Of a DNA stretch of 55,043 bases, positions 8,857 through 17,644 are shown piece after piece. The stretch lies in contig JBGPKT010000002.1 in NCBI GenBank assembly GCA_041486115.1, forward strand, positions 1-55,043. The letters run 5' to 3'. Each line of letters opens with the position of its first letter. The stretch's first letter is position 1. The stretch comes from Nitrospiria bacterium (GTDB lineage Bacteria > Nitrospirota > Nitrospiria > JACQBW01). A program made the translations under genes and the position numbers. Under the pieces are notes generated by a model. That model made no database searches and was not told the DNA's origin. It was given only the letters and a program-made list of their open reading frames with translations.

Positions 8857-9615
8857 ATGAAATTGAGGTTTCAGGTGATAGGTATCCTGTTAAGCGTTTT
8901 TCTTTTATTTTTATTATTTGCGGATCCTCCGTTTTTACAGGCCGAAGAGATCGATTCCTCCGGATTCCTGATAAAAATTGATCAGGCGTATGCAGAAAGG
9001 GATCATGAAGAGGTTCTGAAAAAGGGAGAGCTCCTTTGTGAGGAGGCCCTTGAAAAGGGGATTCCAAAAGATGAGATTTACTGGAGAATGGCCCGGTTTA
9101 AAGCCTGGGAAGGGAACCTGCTGACAAAAAAGGATTCCGAAAAACTAAAACGTTTTCAGGAGGCTGAAGCATGGGCAAACAAGGGCATTGTGGCGAACCC
9201 TGGAAATGTCGAGGCCCATTTCTGGCTGGGAGTGGCGTATGGAAGAATCGGTGAAACCCAGGGCATTTTTAAGTCATTTTCTTTAATTGAACCGATACGC
9301 CATGAAATGAACGAAGTCTTGATCTTGAATCCCAACCACGCCGGGGCTCATCACCTGCTTGGGGTCATGTACCGAAAACTTCCCTGGTTCAAGGGAGGGT
9401 CCAACAAAAAATCTGCCGAGGAGTTGCAAAAATCAATTGAATTAAATAGAAGAAATACGCTCTACCATCTCGATCTGGCTAAAACCTACTTTGCCATGAA
9501 CAAATCAGCCGATGCGAAAAGAGAACTTGAAACGGTTAAAACGATGGCCGATCCTTTTGATCCCGTCCAGTCTGCCCGGGATAAAAAAGAGGCTGATCTC
9601 ATGGATCACCCATAA
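8857..9615 (+). CDS. Secreted TPR-like helical-repeat protein
   Basis: ATG 8857 follows an AAGGAGG SD. Signal peptide MKLRFQVIGILLSVFLLFLLFA. Helical repeats follow (EAHFWLGVAYGRIGE..., NHAGAHHLLGVMYRKLP...). Confidence 0.6.
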   Translation: MKLRFQVIGILLSVFLLFLLFADPPFLQAEEIDSSGFLIKIDQAYAERDHEEVLKKGELLCEEALEKGIPKDEIYWRMARFKAWEGNLLTKKDSEKLKRFQEAEAWANKGIVANPGNVEAHFWLGVAYGRIGETQGIFKSFSLIEPIRHEMNEVLILNPNHAGAHHLLGVMYRKLPWFKGGSNKKSAEELQKSIELNRRNTLYHLDLAKTYFAMNKSADAKRELETVKTMADPFDPVQSARDKKEADLMDHP

Positions 9616-9652
9616 AATCCCCCTTTTTTCGGGTAGAATTCGCATCTAACAC

Positions 9653-9680
9653 TTGATTATATTGAGGGTTTTAGTATAAT
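9653..9680 (+). promoter_or_regulatory. Sigma70-type promoter candidate for the xseB-led operon
   Basis: TTGATT-N16-TATAAT, about 28 nt upstream of the xseB ATG. Confidence 0.5.
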
Positions 9681-9707
9681 GAGACTAGTTGTAAAGAGAA
9701 GGATTTT

Positions 9708-9944
9708 ATGAGCGAATTGAAATTCGAAGGGGCCATGGCCCGGCTTGAAGAAATTGTCAAAACCCTTGAAAAAGGAGACCTTCCCCTGGATCAGGCCATG
9801 TCTTCCTTTGAAGAAGGAGTAACCCTGTCAAAAATCTGCCTCAAACATCTGGAAGAGGCGGACCGGAAGGTTGAAATTCTCATTCAAAGTCAAAATGGCC
9901 CGAAAAAGGCCGAACCCTTTCAGGTCCAGGATATCCAGGAGTGA
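9708..9944 (+). CDS. xseB: Exodeoxyribonuclease VII small subunit
   Basis: 78 aa with FEGAMARLEEIVKTLEKGDLPLDQAMSSFEEGVTLSKIC, a typical XseB. It sits in conserved xseB-ispA-dxs order. Confidence 0.9.
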   Translation: MSELKFEGAMARLEEIVKTLEKGDLPLDQAMSSFEEGVTLSKICLKHLEEADRKVEILIQSQNGPKKAEPFQVQDIQE

Positions 9945-10828
9945 AAACGAGTTTTAAGCAGTATCTTGAAAATCAGAAAAAAAAAATTGATAAAACCCTG
10001 AGGGAAATCCTCCCTCCCCTCAACACGTTCCCCGAGAAACTACATGAAGCGATGCATTATCCCCTTTTTGCAGGAGGAAAGAGGCTCCGGCCTATTCTGA
10101 TGACCGCCTCTTGCGAAGCCGTCGGGGGAGAGAGTGACAGGTTTCTTCCGGTTGCCTGCGCCATTGAATTAATCCATACCTATTCTCTGGTTCATGATGA
10201 TCTCCCGTCGATGGATAATGATGATTACCGGAGAGGCCAGCTCACGGCCCATAAAAAGTTCGGGGAAGCTATCGCGATCCTTGCGGGAGATGCCCTGCTC
10301 ACAGAAGCTTTTCACATCATGGCTTCGTTTTCGGATGATCCGGTCCTTTTTTGCCGGATGATCGAGGAGTTAAGCCTTGCGGCGGGGAGCCGGGGAATGG
10401 TGGGAGGACAGGTCTTTGACCTGGCCCTGGAGGGAAAAGAAGAGGTGACTGCCGAGATGCTTGAAAGGCTCCACCGGAATAAGACCGGCGCTCTGATGAC
10501 GGCCTCAGTCTCTATCGGGGCCATGGCTGGAAAGGCTTCAAAGCAACAGTTTGAATCGTTAAGGGTTTACGGGCAGAAAGTAGGGTTGGCTTTTCAGGTG
10601 ACCGATGATATCCTTGATATAGAGGGGGATCGGGCTGAACTCGGCAAAAGCGTTGGAAAAGACCGGGCGGCTCTCAAAAAGACGTATCCTGATGTGATCG
10701 GACTCGGTGAAGCCAAAAAATTTCAAAAAGCCTTGATTGAAAGCGCGCTCGAGAGCCTGGCTCTTTTTGATGACCGCGCCGATCCGCTTCGGGAGATTGC
10801 CCGTTATTGTATTGAAAGGAAAAAATAA
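9941..10828 (+). CDS. ispA: Farnesyl/geranyl diphosphate synthase (polyprenyl synthetase)
   Basis: Both Asp-rich motifs are present (LVHDDLPSMDNDDYRRG and FQVTDDILD). The GTG start overlaps the xseB stop (GTGA). Confidence 0.92.
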   Translation: MKTSFKQYLENQKKKIDKTLREILPPLNTFPEKLHEAMHYPLFAGGKRLRPILMTASCEAVGGESDRFLPVACAIELIHTYSLVHDDLPSMDNDDYRRGQLTAHKKFGEAIAILAGDALLTEAFHIMASFSDDPVLFCRMIEELSLAAGSRGMVGGQVFDLALEGKEEVTAEMLERLHRNKTGALMTASVSIGAMAGKASKQQFESLRVYGQKVGLAFQVTDDILDIEGDRAELGKSVGKDRAALKKTYPDVIGLGEAKKFQKALIESALESLALFDDRADPLREIARYCIERKK

Positions 10829-10829
10829 A

Positions 10830-12767
10830 ATGAAGCTGCTCGACCAGATTTTATCCCCCTACGATTTAAGAAAGTTGTCTCGGGAACAGCTTCCACGGGT
10901 TGCCGATGAGATCAGAGAGCGGATTATTCAGGTCGTATCCCAAAATGGGGGGCATCTGGGGGCCGGGCTTGGAGCTGTTGAGATCACTCTGGCTTTGCAT
11001 TACCTTTTTAATACCCCGGAAGACCGGATTGTCTGGGATGTGGGCCATCAGGCCTATCCGCATAAATTATTAACGGGGCGAAACGGCCTGTTTCCTACTC
11101 TTCGCCAGTATCAGGGGCTCAGCGGTTTTCCAAAACGAGATGAAAGCCCTTATGACACGTTTGGCGTGGGGCATGCCGGAACGGCGATTTCTGCCGCCCT
11201 CGGCATGGTTGAGGCCAGGGACCAAAAAGGGCTGAAGCACAAGGTGATTGCGGTGGTGGGAGACGGCGCTCTGACGTCAGGAATCGCTTTTGAAGGATTA
11301 AACCACGCGGGAGCCTTAAGAAAGGACATGCTGGTCATTTTAAATGACAATGAAATGTCGATTTCAAAAAATGTGGGAGCGATCTCGGCCTATTTAAACC
11401 GTTTAATGACCGGAAAAATGTATACGACCTTGAAAAAAGAGACTGAACATATCCTGAGAAATATTCCAAAAATCGGCGAGCCGATGGTCAAGTTTGCAAA
11501 AATGGCTGAAGAAGGGGTGAAGGGATTAATCGGTCCGGGGATTATTTTTGAGGAACTGGGGTTCCATTATGTCGGGCCGATTGACGGTCACCGGCTTGAC
11601 CATGTGTTGCTGACTCTTGAAAACATCAAACAATTATCGGGTCCTTTTCTGGTTCATTTCATTACCAAAAAAGGAAAAGGGTATCCTCCTGCTGAAAAAG
11701 ACCAGGCCGCTTTTCATGGGACATCCGCCTTCCATATCGAGACCGGCGAGCCCAAAAAGAAATCATTAACGCCCACTTACACAAAAATTTTTGCGGAGAC
11801 GCTGACTCAGCTTGCTAGAGAAGACTCAAGAATTGTCGCCATTACAGCGGCCATGCCAGAAGGAACAGGCCTTCACCGGTTTCAGAAAGAACATCCTGAC
11901 CGGTTTTACGATACCGGGATCGCCGAACAGCATGCGGTCACCTTTGCCGGAGGGCTTGCGGCAGAAGGAATGAAGCCGGTTGTGGCGATTTATTCGACCT
12001 TTCTCCAGCGGGGTTATGATCAGATCATTCATGATATCGCCATCCAGAACTTGCCGGTTTTATTTTGCCTTGACCGGGCGGGACTGGTCGGAGAGGATGG
12101 AGCGACCCATCACGGCGTTTTTGATCTTTCTTACCTCTCATCGATCCCGCAGATGATGGTCATGGCGCCACGGGATGAAAATGAGCTTCGCCGGATGATT
12201 AAGACCGGACTGATGTGGAAAGGTCCTGCGGCGCTCCGCTACCCGAGGGGAGAGGTTGCCGGCGTGAAGATCGACGACGAGATTCTCTCCATTCCTGTCG
12301 GAAAAGGAGAAGTGCTTAAAGAAGGAGAAGACGTTTATATTCTTGCTATCGGATCGATGGTTCAGGAGGCACTCGGGGCCAGGGAGGAGTTGGCCAAAAG
12401 AGGGATCTCGGCGGGCGTTTTTGATGCCCGGTTTGTAAAACCTCTTGATCGCCTGGCTATTCTTGAAATTGCCGGAAAAATACCGTTCCTTGTCACCATC
12501 GAAGAAAATGTCCTAGCCGGCGGCTTTGGTTCAAAAGTGTTGGAACTCCTGCAAGATGAAGGGCGCATGAAGCGGGTCCTTCGACTGGGGGTTCCCGATC
12601 ATTTTATTGAGCAGGGGCCGCAGAAATTATTAAGGGAAAGCCTCGGATTGAATGCCCCGGGCATTGCCGCCAGAATTGAAAAGTTTTTAGGGAAAAACAA
12701 CCTATGTGAAGTGAAACTCTCTGAGAAGCCGGCGACTGAACCGGGAGTTCAAACGACGGATCCTTGA
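10830..12767 (+). CDS. dxs: 1-deoxy-D-xylulose-5-phosphate synthase
   Basis: MKLLDQILSPYDLRKLS...GGHLGAGLGAVEITLALHYLF...GHQAYPHKLLTGR...DGALTSG. ATG 10830 lies right after the ispA stop, so the ORF-track start at 10737 is an upstream in-frame extension inside ispA. Confidence 0.95.
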   Translation: MKLLDQILSPYDLRKLSREQLPRVADEIRERIIQVVSQNGGHLGAGLGAVEITLALHYLFNTPEDRIVWDVGHQAYPHKLLTGRNGLFPTLRQYQGLSGFPKRDESPYDTFGVGHAGTAISAALGMVEARDQKGLKHKVIAVVGDGALTSGIAFEGLNHAGALRKDMLVILNDNEMSISKNVGAISAYLNRLMTGKMYTTLKKETEHILRNIPKIGEPMVKFAKMAEEGVKGLIGPGIIFEELGFHYVGPIDGHRLDHVLLTLENIKQLSGPFLVHFITKKGKGYPPAEKDQAAFHGTSAFHIETGEPKKKSLTPTYTKIFAETLTQLAREDSRIVAITAAMPEGTGLHRFQKEHPDRFYDTGIAEQHAVTFAGGLAAEGMKPVVAIYSTFLQRGYDQIIHDIAIQNLPVLFCLDRAGLVGEDGATHHGVFDLSYLSSIPQMMVMAPRDENELRRMIKTGLMWKGPAALRYPRGEVAGVKIDDEILSIPVGKGEVLKEGEDVYILAIGSMVQEALGAREELAKRGISAGVFDARFVKPLDRLAILEIAGKIPFLVTIEENVLAGGFGSKVLELLQDEGRMKRVLRLGVPDHFIEQGPQKLLRESLGLNAPGIAARIEKFLGKNNLCEVKLSEKPATEPGVQTTDP

Positions 12768-12796
12768 AAATGGCCCCAGCCATTTTAAATAAAAAA

Positions 12797-13525
12797 ATGC
12801 GGCTCGACCAGCTTCTGGTTGAAAAAAACCTGGTTTCGAGCCGTGAAAAAGGGCGGCGGCTCATTATGGCCGGGTCTGTCTATGTCGATGGCGTCATGAT
12901 GGATAAGCCGGGCACCCTGGTGTCGGGCTCCGGGGTGGAGATCAAGGAAAACGAGTTTCAACGATACGTCGGTCGGGGCGGGGTTAAACTGGAGCATGCC
13001 CTCCGGGCTTTTTCAATTTTTCCGGCGGGAAAGACCGCCCTCGATGCGGGCGCCTCCACCGGGGGCTTTACCGATTGCCTTCTTCAGAATGGGGCAGTTA
13101 AGGTCTATGCGGTAGATGTCGGGTATGGCCAGCTTGCCTGGAAACTTCAGCAGGATCCGCGTGTCATCCGGATTGAAAGGACCAACGTGCGCTACCTTCC
13201 CCCGGATCAGATTGGAGAGAAGGTGGACCTTATGGCGGTGGATCTTTCGTTTATTTCGGTGACCCTGGTGTTGAAACATCTCCTCAATTTTTTAAAGCCC
13301 GAAGGTGAAATAATAATCCTTGTCAAACCTCAATTCGAGGTCGGAAAAGGAGAGGTGGGAAGAGGCGGAGTTGTCAGAGAAGAGCGGCTTCATCAACAGT
13401 CGGTCGAGAAGATCAGGACGTTTGCTTTAAGTATCGGGCTCGATTCTCCTGGGACGGTTGAATCGCCAATCCTGGGCCAAAAGGGAAATAAGGAATTTTT
13501 GATGCATTTGAAAGGGATTTCCTAA
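12797..13525 (+). CDS. tlyA: TlyA family rRNA (cytidine-2'-O)-methyltransferase
   Basis: S4-like N-terminus MRLDQLLVEKNLVSSREKGRRLI and a FtsJ-type SAM motif LDAGASTGGFTDCLL. Start chosen by family N-terminus; TTG 12764 and ATG 12770 are also possible. Confidence 0.88.
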   Translation: MRLDQLLVEKNLVSSREKGRRLIMAGSVYVDGVMMDKPGTLVSGSGVEIKENEFQRYVGRGGVKLEHALRAFSIFPAGKTALDAGASTGGFTDCLLQNGAVKVYAVDVGYGQLAWKLQQDPRVIRIERTNVRYLPPDQIGEKVDLMAVDLSFISVTLVLKHLLNFLKPEGEIIILVKPQFEVGKGEVGRGGVVREERLHQQSVEKIRTFALSIGLDSPGTVESPILGQKGNKEFLMHLKGIS

Positions 13526-13527
13526 AA

Positions 13528-14460
13528 TTGAAAGTTCTGGTAACCGGCGGGGCAGGGTTCATAGGGTCTCATATTGTGGACCGACTGATCGTCGAAGGCC
13601 ATCCGGTGGTCGTGGTGGATAATCTATCCACCGGCAAAAAGAAAAACATTAACCGGAACGCGAATTTTTATAAACTGGACATTCTGAGTCCGAAATTAGA
13701 GAAAATTATAAAAAAAGAAAAGCCCGATGTGATCAGCCATCATGCGGCCCAAATTGATGTCAGAAGATCGGTCGCCGACCCGATATTCGATGCCCAGGTC
13801 AATATTCTCGCATTGATTCAACTGCTGGAATACGCGGTAAAATACGGGACCAAACAATTTGTCTTTGCTTCTTCCGGAGGGGCCGTTTATGGCGAGCAGA
13901 CCGAGTTTCCCGCTCCGGAGAGCCATGATACTTTTCCGGTCAGCCCTTATGGCATCACCAAACTGACGGGCGAGAAATATCTTTTTTACTACAGGCAGAA
14001 CAGCGGGCTGGAATATACCTGCTTGAGATATGCCAATGTTTACGGCCCCCGGCAAGACCCTTTTGGGGAGGCCGGCGTGGTGGCAATTTTTACCGAGAAA
14101 ATGCTTCGGAATGAGCAGGTAATCATTAACGGCAACGGGATGCAAACGCGTGATTATATTTTTGTGGACGATGTGGTCGATGCCAATATGCTGGCGATGA
14201 ATGCCAAACCGGTTCATACCGGTTATTTTAATGTCGGGACCGGGATAGAAACGCCGGTCAATCAGTTGTTTAAACTCCTTCAAGGCCTTACGGAGTCGAC
14301 CATTAAAGAGATCCACGGCCCCGGGAAGAGAGGGGAGCAGATCCGGAGCTGTCTCGATTACTCAAAAATCCAGAAAGGCATGGAATGGGAGCCGAAGGTC
14401 CCCCTGAAGATAGGGCTTGAGAGGACCGTCGCTTATTTCCGGAGCAATAAAAAAAAATAA
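13528..14460 (+). CDS. NAD-dependent epimerase/dehydratase (UDP-glucose 4-epimerase-like, extended SDR)
   Basis: MKVLVTGGAGFIGSH Rossmann motif, catalytic SPYGITK (YxxxK), and RYANVYGPRQ. TTG start lies 2 nt after the tlyA stop. Confidence 0.88.
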   Translation: MKVLVTGGAGFIGSHIVDRLIVEGHPVVVVDNLSTGKKKNINRNANFYKLDILSPKLEKIIKKEKPDVISHHAAQIDVRRSVADPIFDAQVNILALIQLLEYAVKYGTKQFVFASSGGAVYGEQTEFPAPESHDTFPVSPYGITKLTGEKYLFYYRQNSGLEYTCLRYANVYGPRQDPFGEAGVVAIFTEKMLRNEQVIINGNGMQTRDYIFVDDVVDANMLAMNAKPVHTGYFNVGTGIETPVNQLFKLLQGLTESTIKEIHGPGKRGEQIRSCLDYSKIQKGMEWEPKVPLKIGLERTVAYFRSNKKK

Positions 14461-14470
14461 AAGGGAAATT

Positions 14471-16825
14471 ATGATAAAAAAAGTGTTCGTGTATCTTCTG
14501 GTATTGCCCTTTTTGACCTCCTGCTTTGCTTCAAATCAGATTAAGATGGCTGACCAGAGAGTTCAGGAAGAAAAGTGGGATGAAGCCTTTGAAGTTTATC
14601 TGGAAGAGGCAAAAAAACATCCTGACGATCAGACCCTCAAGGTAAAGCTCTATCAGGTGAGATTAAAAGCGGGAGGACTCCACCTATTAAAAGGGAAGGA
14701 ACTTGAAAGAGCAGGAAATATCGACGAGGCGATCACAGAATTCAGGAAAGCCCTTGTTTTCGACCCCGGAAAATCGGAATACCAGACCGCTCTGATCCGG
14801 GCGACCCGTTTAAAGGAGTCGGAAGACCATTATCAATCAGGGCAGAAATTGATAAAAGCAGGCAATCTGGAAGGGGCGGCGGAGGAACTCGAAAAGGCGT
14901 TCGCCCTGAATCCCGAAAATGAAACGGTGAAGGAATCTCTGGTCAGATTAAACGTGTCAAAAGAAATGGTCAAACAGGAGGGAACCGACCTCTCTTTAAA
15001 ATCGAGCCAGCCGATTACCTTGAAATTTCATAACGCCCGGTTAAAAGAGGTTTTTGAGCTTCTTTCGAAAACGGCAGGGATCAACATTCTTTTTGACAAA
15101 GATGTGAGGGACGACAATGTCACCATTTTCGTCAAAGACGCGACTTTTAAGGAAACGCTCAATTTGATCCTCGCCACCAACAGCCTCTTTATGAAAAAGA
15201 TCAGTGAAGATACCATCCTGATCATTCCTAAAACGAAGCAGAAGGTCGATCAGTATCAGGATCTGATGATCCGGATTTTTTACCTGTCGAATACCAAAGC
15301 CAAACCAATCGGCGATCTTCTCAGGACCATGCTCGAAATCAGAAGGATCCAGATCAACGAGGAGTTGAATTCGATCACGATCCGGGAGACGCCTGAAAAA
15401 ATCAAACTGGCCGAAAAAATCATTGAAGCCAACGACCGGAAGATCGGCGAGGTGATGCTGGAGTTTGAAATTCTGGAGGTTCAAAGCACAGACGCTCTCC
15501 GGTATGGCTTTACGCTGGATAATTACAGAATAGGCGCCCTGATGGGCGGCAATACGGCAGTCGGGAGCAATGCTACCCAATTTACTCCGGGGATCATTGA
15601 TATGGCGACCTTAAAAAATCTAAACGATCAGGTGTTTCAGTTTATTGTGCCTAAATTGTTTGTCGATTTTTTAAAGACGGAGTCGAATGCCAAAACCCTG
15701 GCCAATCCCAGGATCCGCGTATTGGATGGAAAGGCGGCAAAAATCAATATTGGAGACCGGGTTCCGATTTTATTGAGTTCTACGACCGGCGTTGTGTCTC
15801 CGGGGAGTGCCGTTGTTCCGACTACGGCCACCCAAACTGAATTTAAAGACGTGGGAATTAAAGTGACGGCAGAGCCGTCGATCCATTTAAATAACGATAT
15901 TACCATTAAACTCGGCCTGGAAGTTTCTTCGTTGGGAGATCAGGTCGATCTGGGGGGAGGTATCAAGCAATTCAAATTCGGACAGCGGACCGCCGATACC
16001 TTTTTAAATTTAAGAGACGGGGAAACTGCCGTTATTGGAGGAATGATCCGGGACGAGGACCGTAAAGCGGAAAGCAAGATTCCGGGGCTCGGCGACATCC
16101 CCCTCCTCGGAATCTTTTTCTCCGGGAAAGACAAAGGAAAGTCAAAAGCTGATATTTTGCTGACCATTACGCCTCACCTCATTCATGGACTTGAAACGCC
16201 CTCAAAAGATTTACAGAGCTTCTGGTCCGGAACGGAAGAAAGTTATTCCACCAAACCGCTGTTTGCGGAATTCCCGACGGTGGGCGATGTACGGAGAGGC
16301 GCCGGAGAAACGCCTGTGAGTCCGCCGACCCCAGGAACCCCTCCGCTTCCGCCGTTGCCGGTTCTCCCCAGGGGGAGTCAGGCGGTTCCTCCGCCGGATG
16401 AGAGTGGGGGAGAGGCGAGCCTTCAGGTGGTTCCTCCCGCGGGCCAGGTTTTTGAAGGGCAGGAAACCAGTATCGACCTGTTTGCCGATAGCGTGAATGA
16501 CCTTTCCGAGATCGATTTGACGCTGAATTACAATCCGGCCGTCCTTGACTTAAAAAAGGCGGTTGAAGGAGGCTTTATGAAAAGCGACGGGGCGCAAACG
16601 TCGTTTGTCACCTCGGTGAATGCTTTAACGGGGACGATTAACGTTCATCTTTTGAGGGTTGGAAAAGGGGAGGGTATAAGCGGGGGAGGAGCGATTGCGA
16701 CCCTGACTTTTCTCGGAAAACGCAAAGGGGAGAGTTTTGTTTCCATAAAAGACGGGCGTTTGCTAAGTTCCGCCAAGGGCCTTCTCCCCGTTCGTCTGAA
16801 CAGCGGAATGATTAAAGTCCAATAA
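14471..16825 (+). CDS. Lipoprotein secretin (GspD/PilQ superfamily) with N-terminal TPR region and C-terminal cohesin-like domain
   Basis: Lipobox MIKKVFVYLLVLPFLTSC. TPR-like helices span about nt 14530-15000, followed by an N0/STN-like segment ITLKFHNARLKEVFELLSKTAGINILF. The secretin core reads LANPRIRVLDGKAAKINIGDRVPI...GETAVIGGMIRDEDRKAESKIPGLGDIPLLGIFF. A Pro-rich linker leads to the C-terminal module LQVVPPAGQVFEGQETSIDLFADSVNDLSEIDLTLNYNPAVLDL...ATLTFLGKRKG. Confidence 0.85.
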   Translation: MIKKVFVYLLVLPFLTSCFASNQIKMADQRVQEEKWDEAFEVYLEEAKKHPDDQTLKVKLYQVRLKAGGLHLLKGKELERAGNIDEAITEFRKALVFDPGKSEYQTALIRATRLKESEDHYQSGQKLIKAGNLEGAAEELEKAFALNPENETVKESLVRLNVSKEMVKQEGTDLSLKSSQPITLKFHNARLKEVFELLSKTAGINILFDKDVRDDNVTIFVKDATFKETLNLILATNSLFMKKISEDTILIIPKTKQKVDQYQDLMIRIFYLSNTKAKPIGDLLRTMLEIRRIQINEELNSITIRETPEKIKLAEKIIEANDRKIGEVMLEFEILEVQSTDALRYGFTLDNYRIGALMGGNTAVGSNATQFTPGIIDMATLKNLNDQVFQFIVPKLFVDFLKTESNAKTLANPRIRVLDGKAAKINIGDRVPILLSSTTGVVSPGSAVVPTTATQTEFKDVGIKVTAEPSIHLNNDITIKLGLEVSSLGDQVDLGGGIKQFKFGQRTADTFLNLRDGETAVIGGMIRDEDRKAESKIPGLGDIPLLGIFFSGKDKGKSKADILLTITPHLIHGLETPSKDLQSFWSGTEESYSTKPLFAEFPTVGDVRRGAGETPVSPPTPGTPPLPPLPVLPRGSQAVPPPDESGGEASLQVVPPAGQVFEGQETSIDLFADSVNDLSEIDLTLNYNPAVLDLKKAVEGGFMKSDGAQTSFVTSVNALTGTINVHLLRVGKGEGISGGGAIATLTFLGKRKGESFVSIKDGRLLSSAKGLLPVRLNSGMIKVQ

Positions 16826-16836
16826 GGGAGGGTTTC

Positions 16837-17340
16837 ATCGATCTTCGCCGAAACAAATTCAATCAGCCGCGCGCCAGGGGACTGACGCTGTTAGAGCTGT
16901 TGATTACCCTATCTATTATCATGATTCTGGCATCCATGGTTCTACCCTTTTCAAAAATAGCGGCAAAACGGGCTAAAGAGATCGAACTCCGGCAGGCCCT
17001 TCGCGCCATGAGAGAAGCCATTGATGAATTTCATGGGGATTATCTCACCATCCCTTATAAAGGGACGACGATTGCCGGTGAAGTGGCCGGAGAAACCGGA
17101 TATCCGAAAAGTCTGGACGTGCTGGTCAAGGGGGTTAAAAATCCCCATTCTCCCAAAGAGACGGTCAAGCGGTATCTCAGAAAAATCCCGATCGATCCGA
17201 TGACGAAATCCGCCGATTGGGGTTTCCGGTGCAATTCCGATGAACCCGATTCCGAACAATGGTGTCAGGATGATGTTTTCGACGTTTATACAAAGAGCCA
17301 AGAGAAAGCAATAGACAAGACCGCCTATAAGGACTGGTAG
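16837..17340 (+). CDS. GspG-like type II secretion pseudopilin (start codon non-canonical or mutated)
   Basis: The prepilin peptidase site ...PRARG/LTLLELLITLSIIMILASMVLPF (Glu at +5) is encoded upstream of the first canonical start (TTG 16900). The only plausible initiator behind a strong GGGAGGG SD (16826-16832) is ATC 16837. The body has the GspG-like KRYLRKIPIDPM..W motif. Confidence 0.65.
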   Translation: MDLRRNKFNQPRARGLTLLELLITLSIIMILASMVLPFSKIAAKRAKEIELRQALRAMREAIDEFHGDYLTIPYKGTTIAGEVAGETGYPKSLDVLVKGVKNPHSPKETVKRYLRKIPIDPMTKSADWGFRCNSDEPDSEQWCQDDVFDVYTKSQEKAIDKTAYKDW

Positions 17341-17392
17341 GCATGTGATATCATCCAGTCTTATAAAACGAAATAAAAACCAAGGAGAAAAG

Positions 17393-17644
17393 ATGGCAAC
17401 CACCGATCCGTTAGTCAAAAAAGTAGAAAGATTGAAGAAAAAACTGACCAAAGTCAAAACGTCCTTTGCCGGAAAAGAAGTTGAACGGGAGACGGTCCGT
17501 TACTGGAGCAAGAAGCTAAAGCGATCCCAGCGAAAAAAGAAAGCACTTGATTTAAGAGCCCGGCAGATTGAAACTAAAAAGGTAAAAAAGAAAACAGGCG
17601 AGGAAGGGAAAGAGGCTCCTAAAACCGGAGAGACAAAAGCCTAA
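17393..17644 (+). CDS. Small lysine-rich, predicted coiled-coil protein (hypothetical)
   Basis: ATG 17393 follows an AAGGAG SD. 83 aa, very basic (KKVERLKKKLTKVK...KKLKRSQRKKKALDLRARQIETKKVKKK). No family recognised. Confidence 0.45.
   Translation: MATTDPLVKKVERLKKKLTKVKTSFAGKEVERETVRYWSKKLKRSQRKKKALDLRARQIETKKVKKKTGEEGKEAPKTGETKA

Noticed and set aside
10737-10829. Upstream extensions of ORF-track starts. Examples: dxs at 10737, secretin at 14417, patatin at 17754, hydrolase at 20378, coiled-coil at 19627, TatC at 47402 and the hypothetical at 7300.
   Set aside because: The extensions overlap the preceding gene and lack an SD. Family-typical N-termini or signal peptides begin at the downstream starts used in the feature list.
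13696-14316. Long antisense ORFs opposite well-supported genes. Examples: 13696-14316, 15041-15580, 31960-32829, 53180-53869, 6396-6728, 6843-7226, 24054-24500 and 39805-40734 in various frames.
   Set aside because: Each lies entirely inside a confidently identified gene on the other strand. Their translations are low-complexity (R/G/P/S-rich) with no recognisable motifs and no SD. They are typical shadow ORFs.
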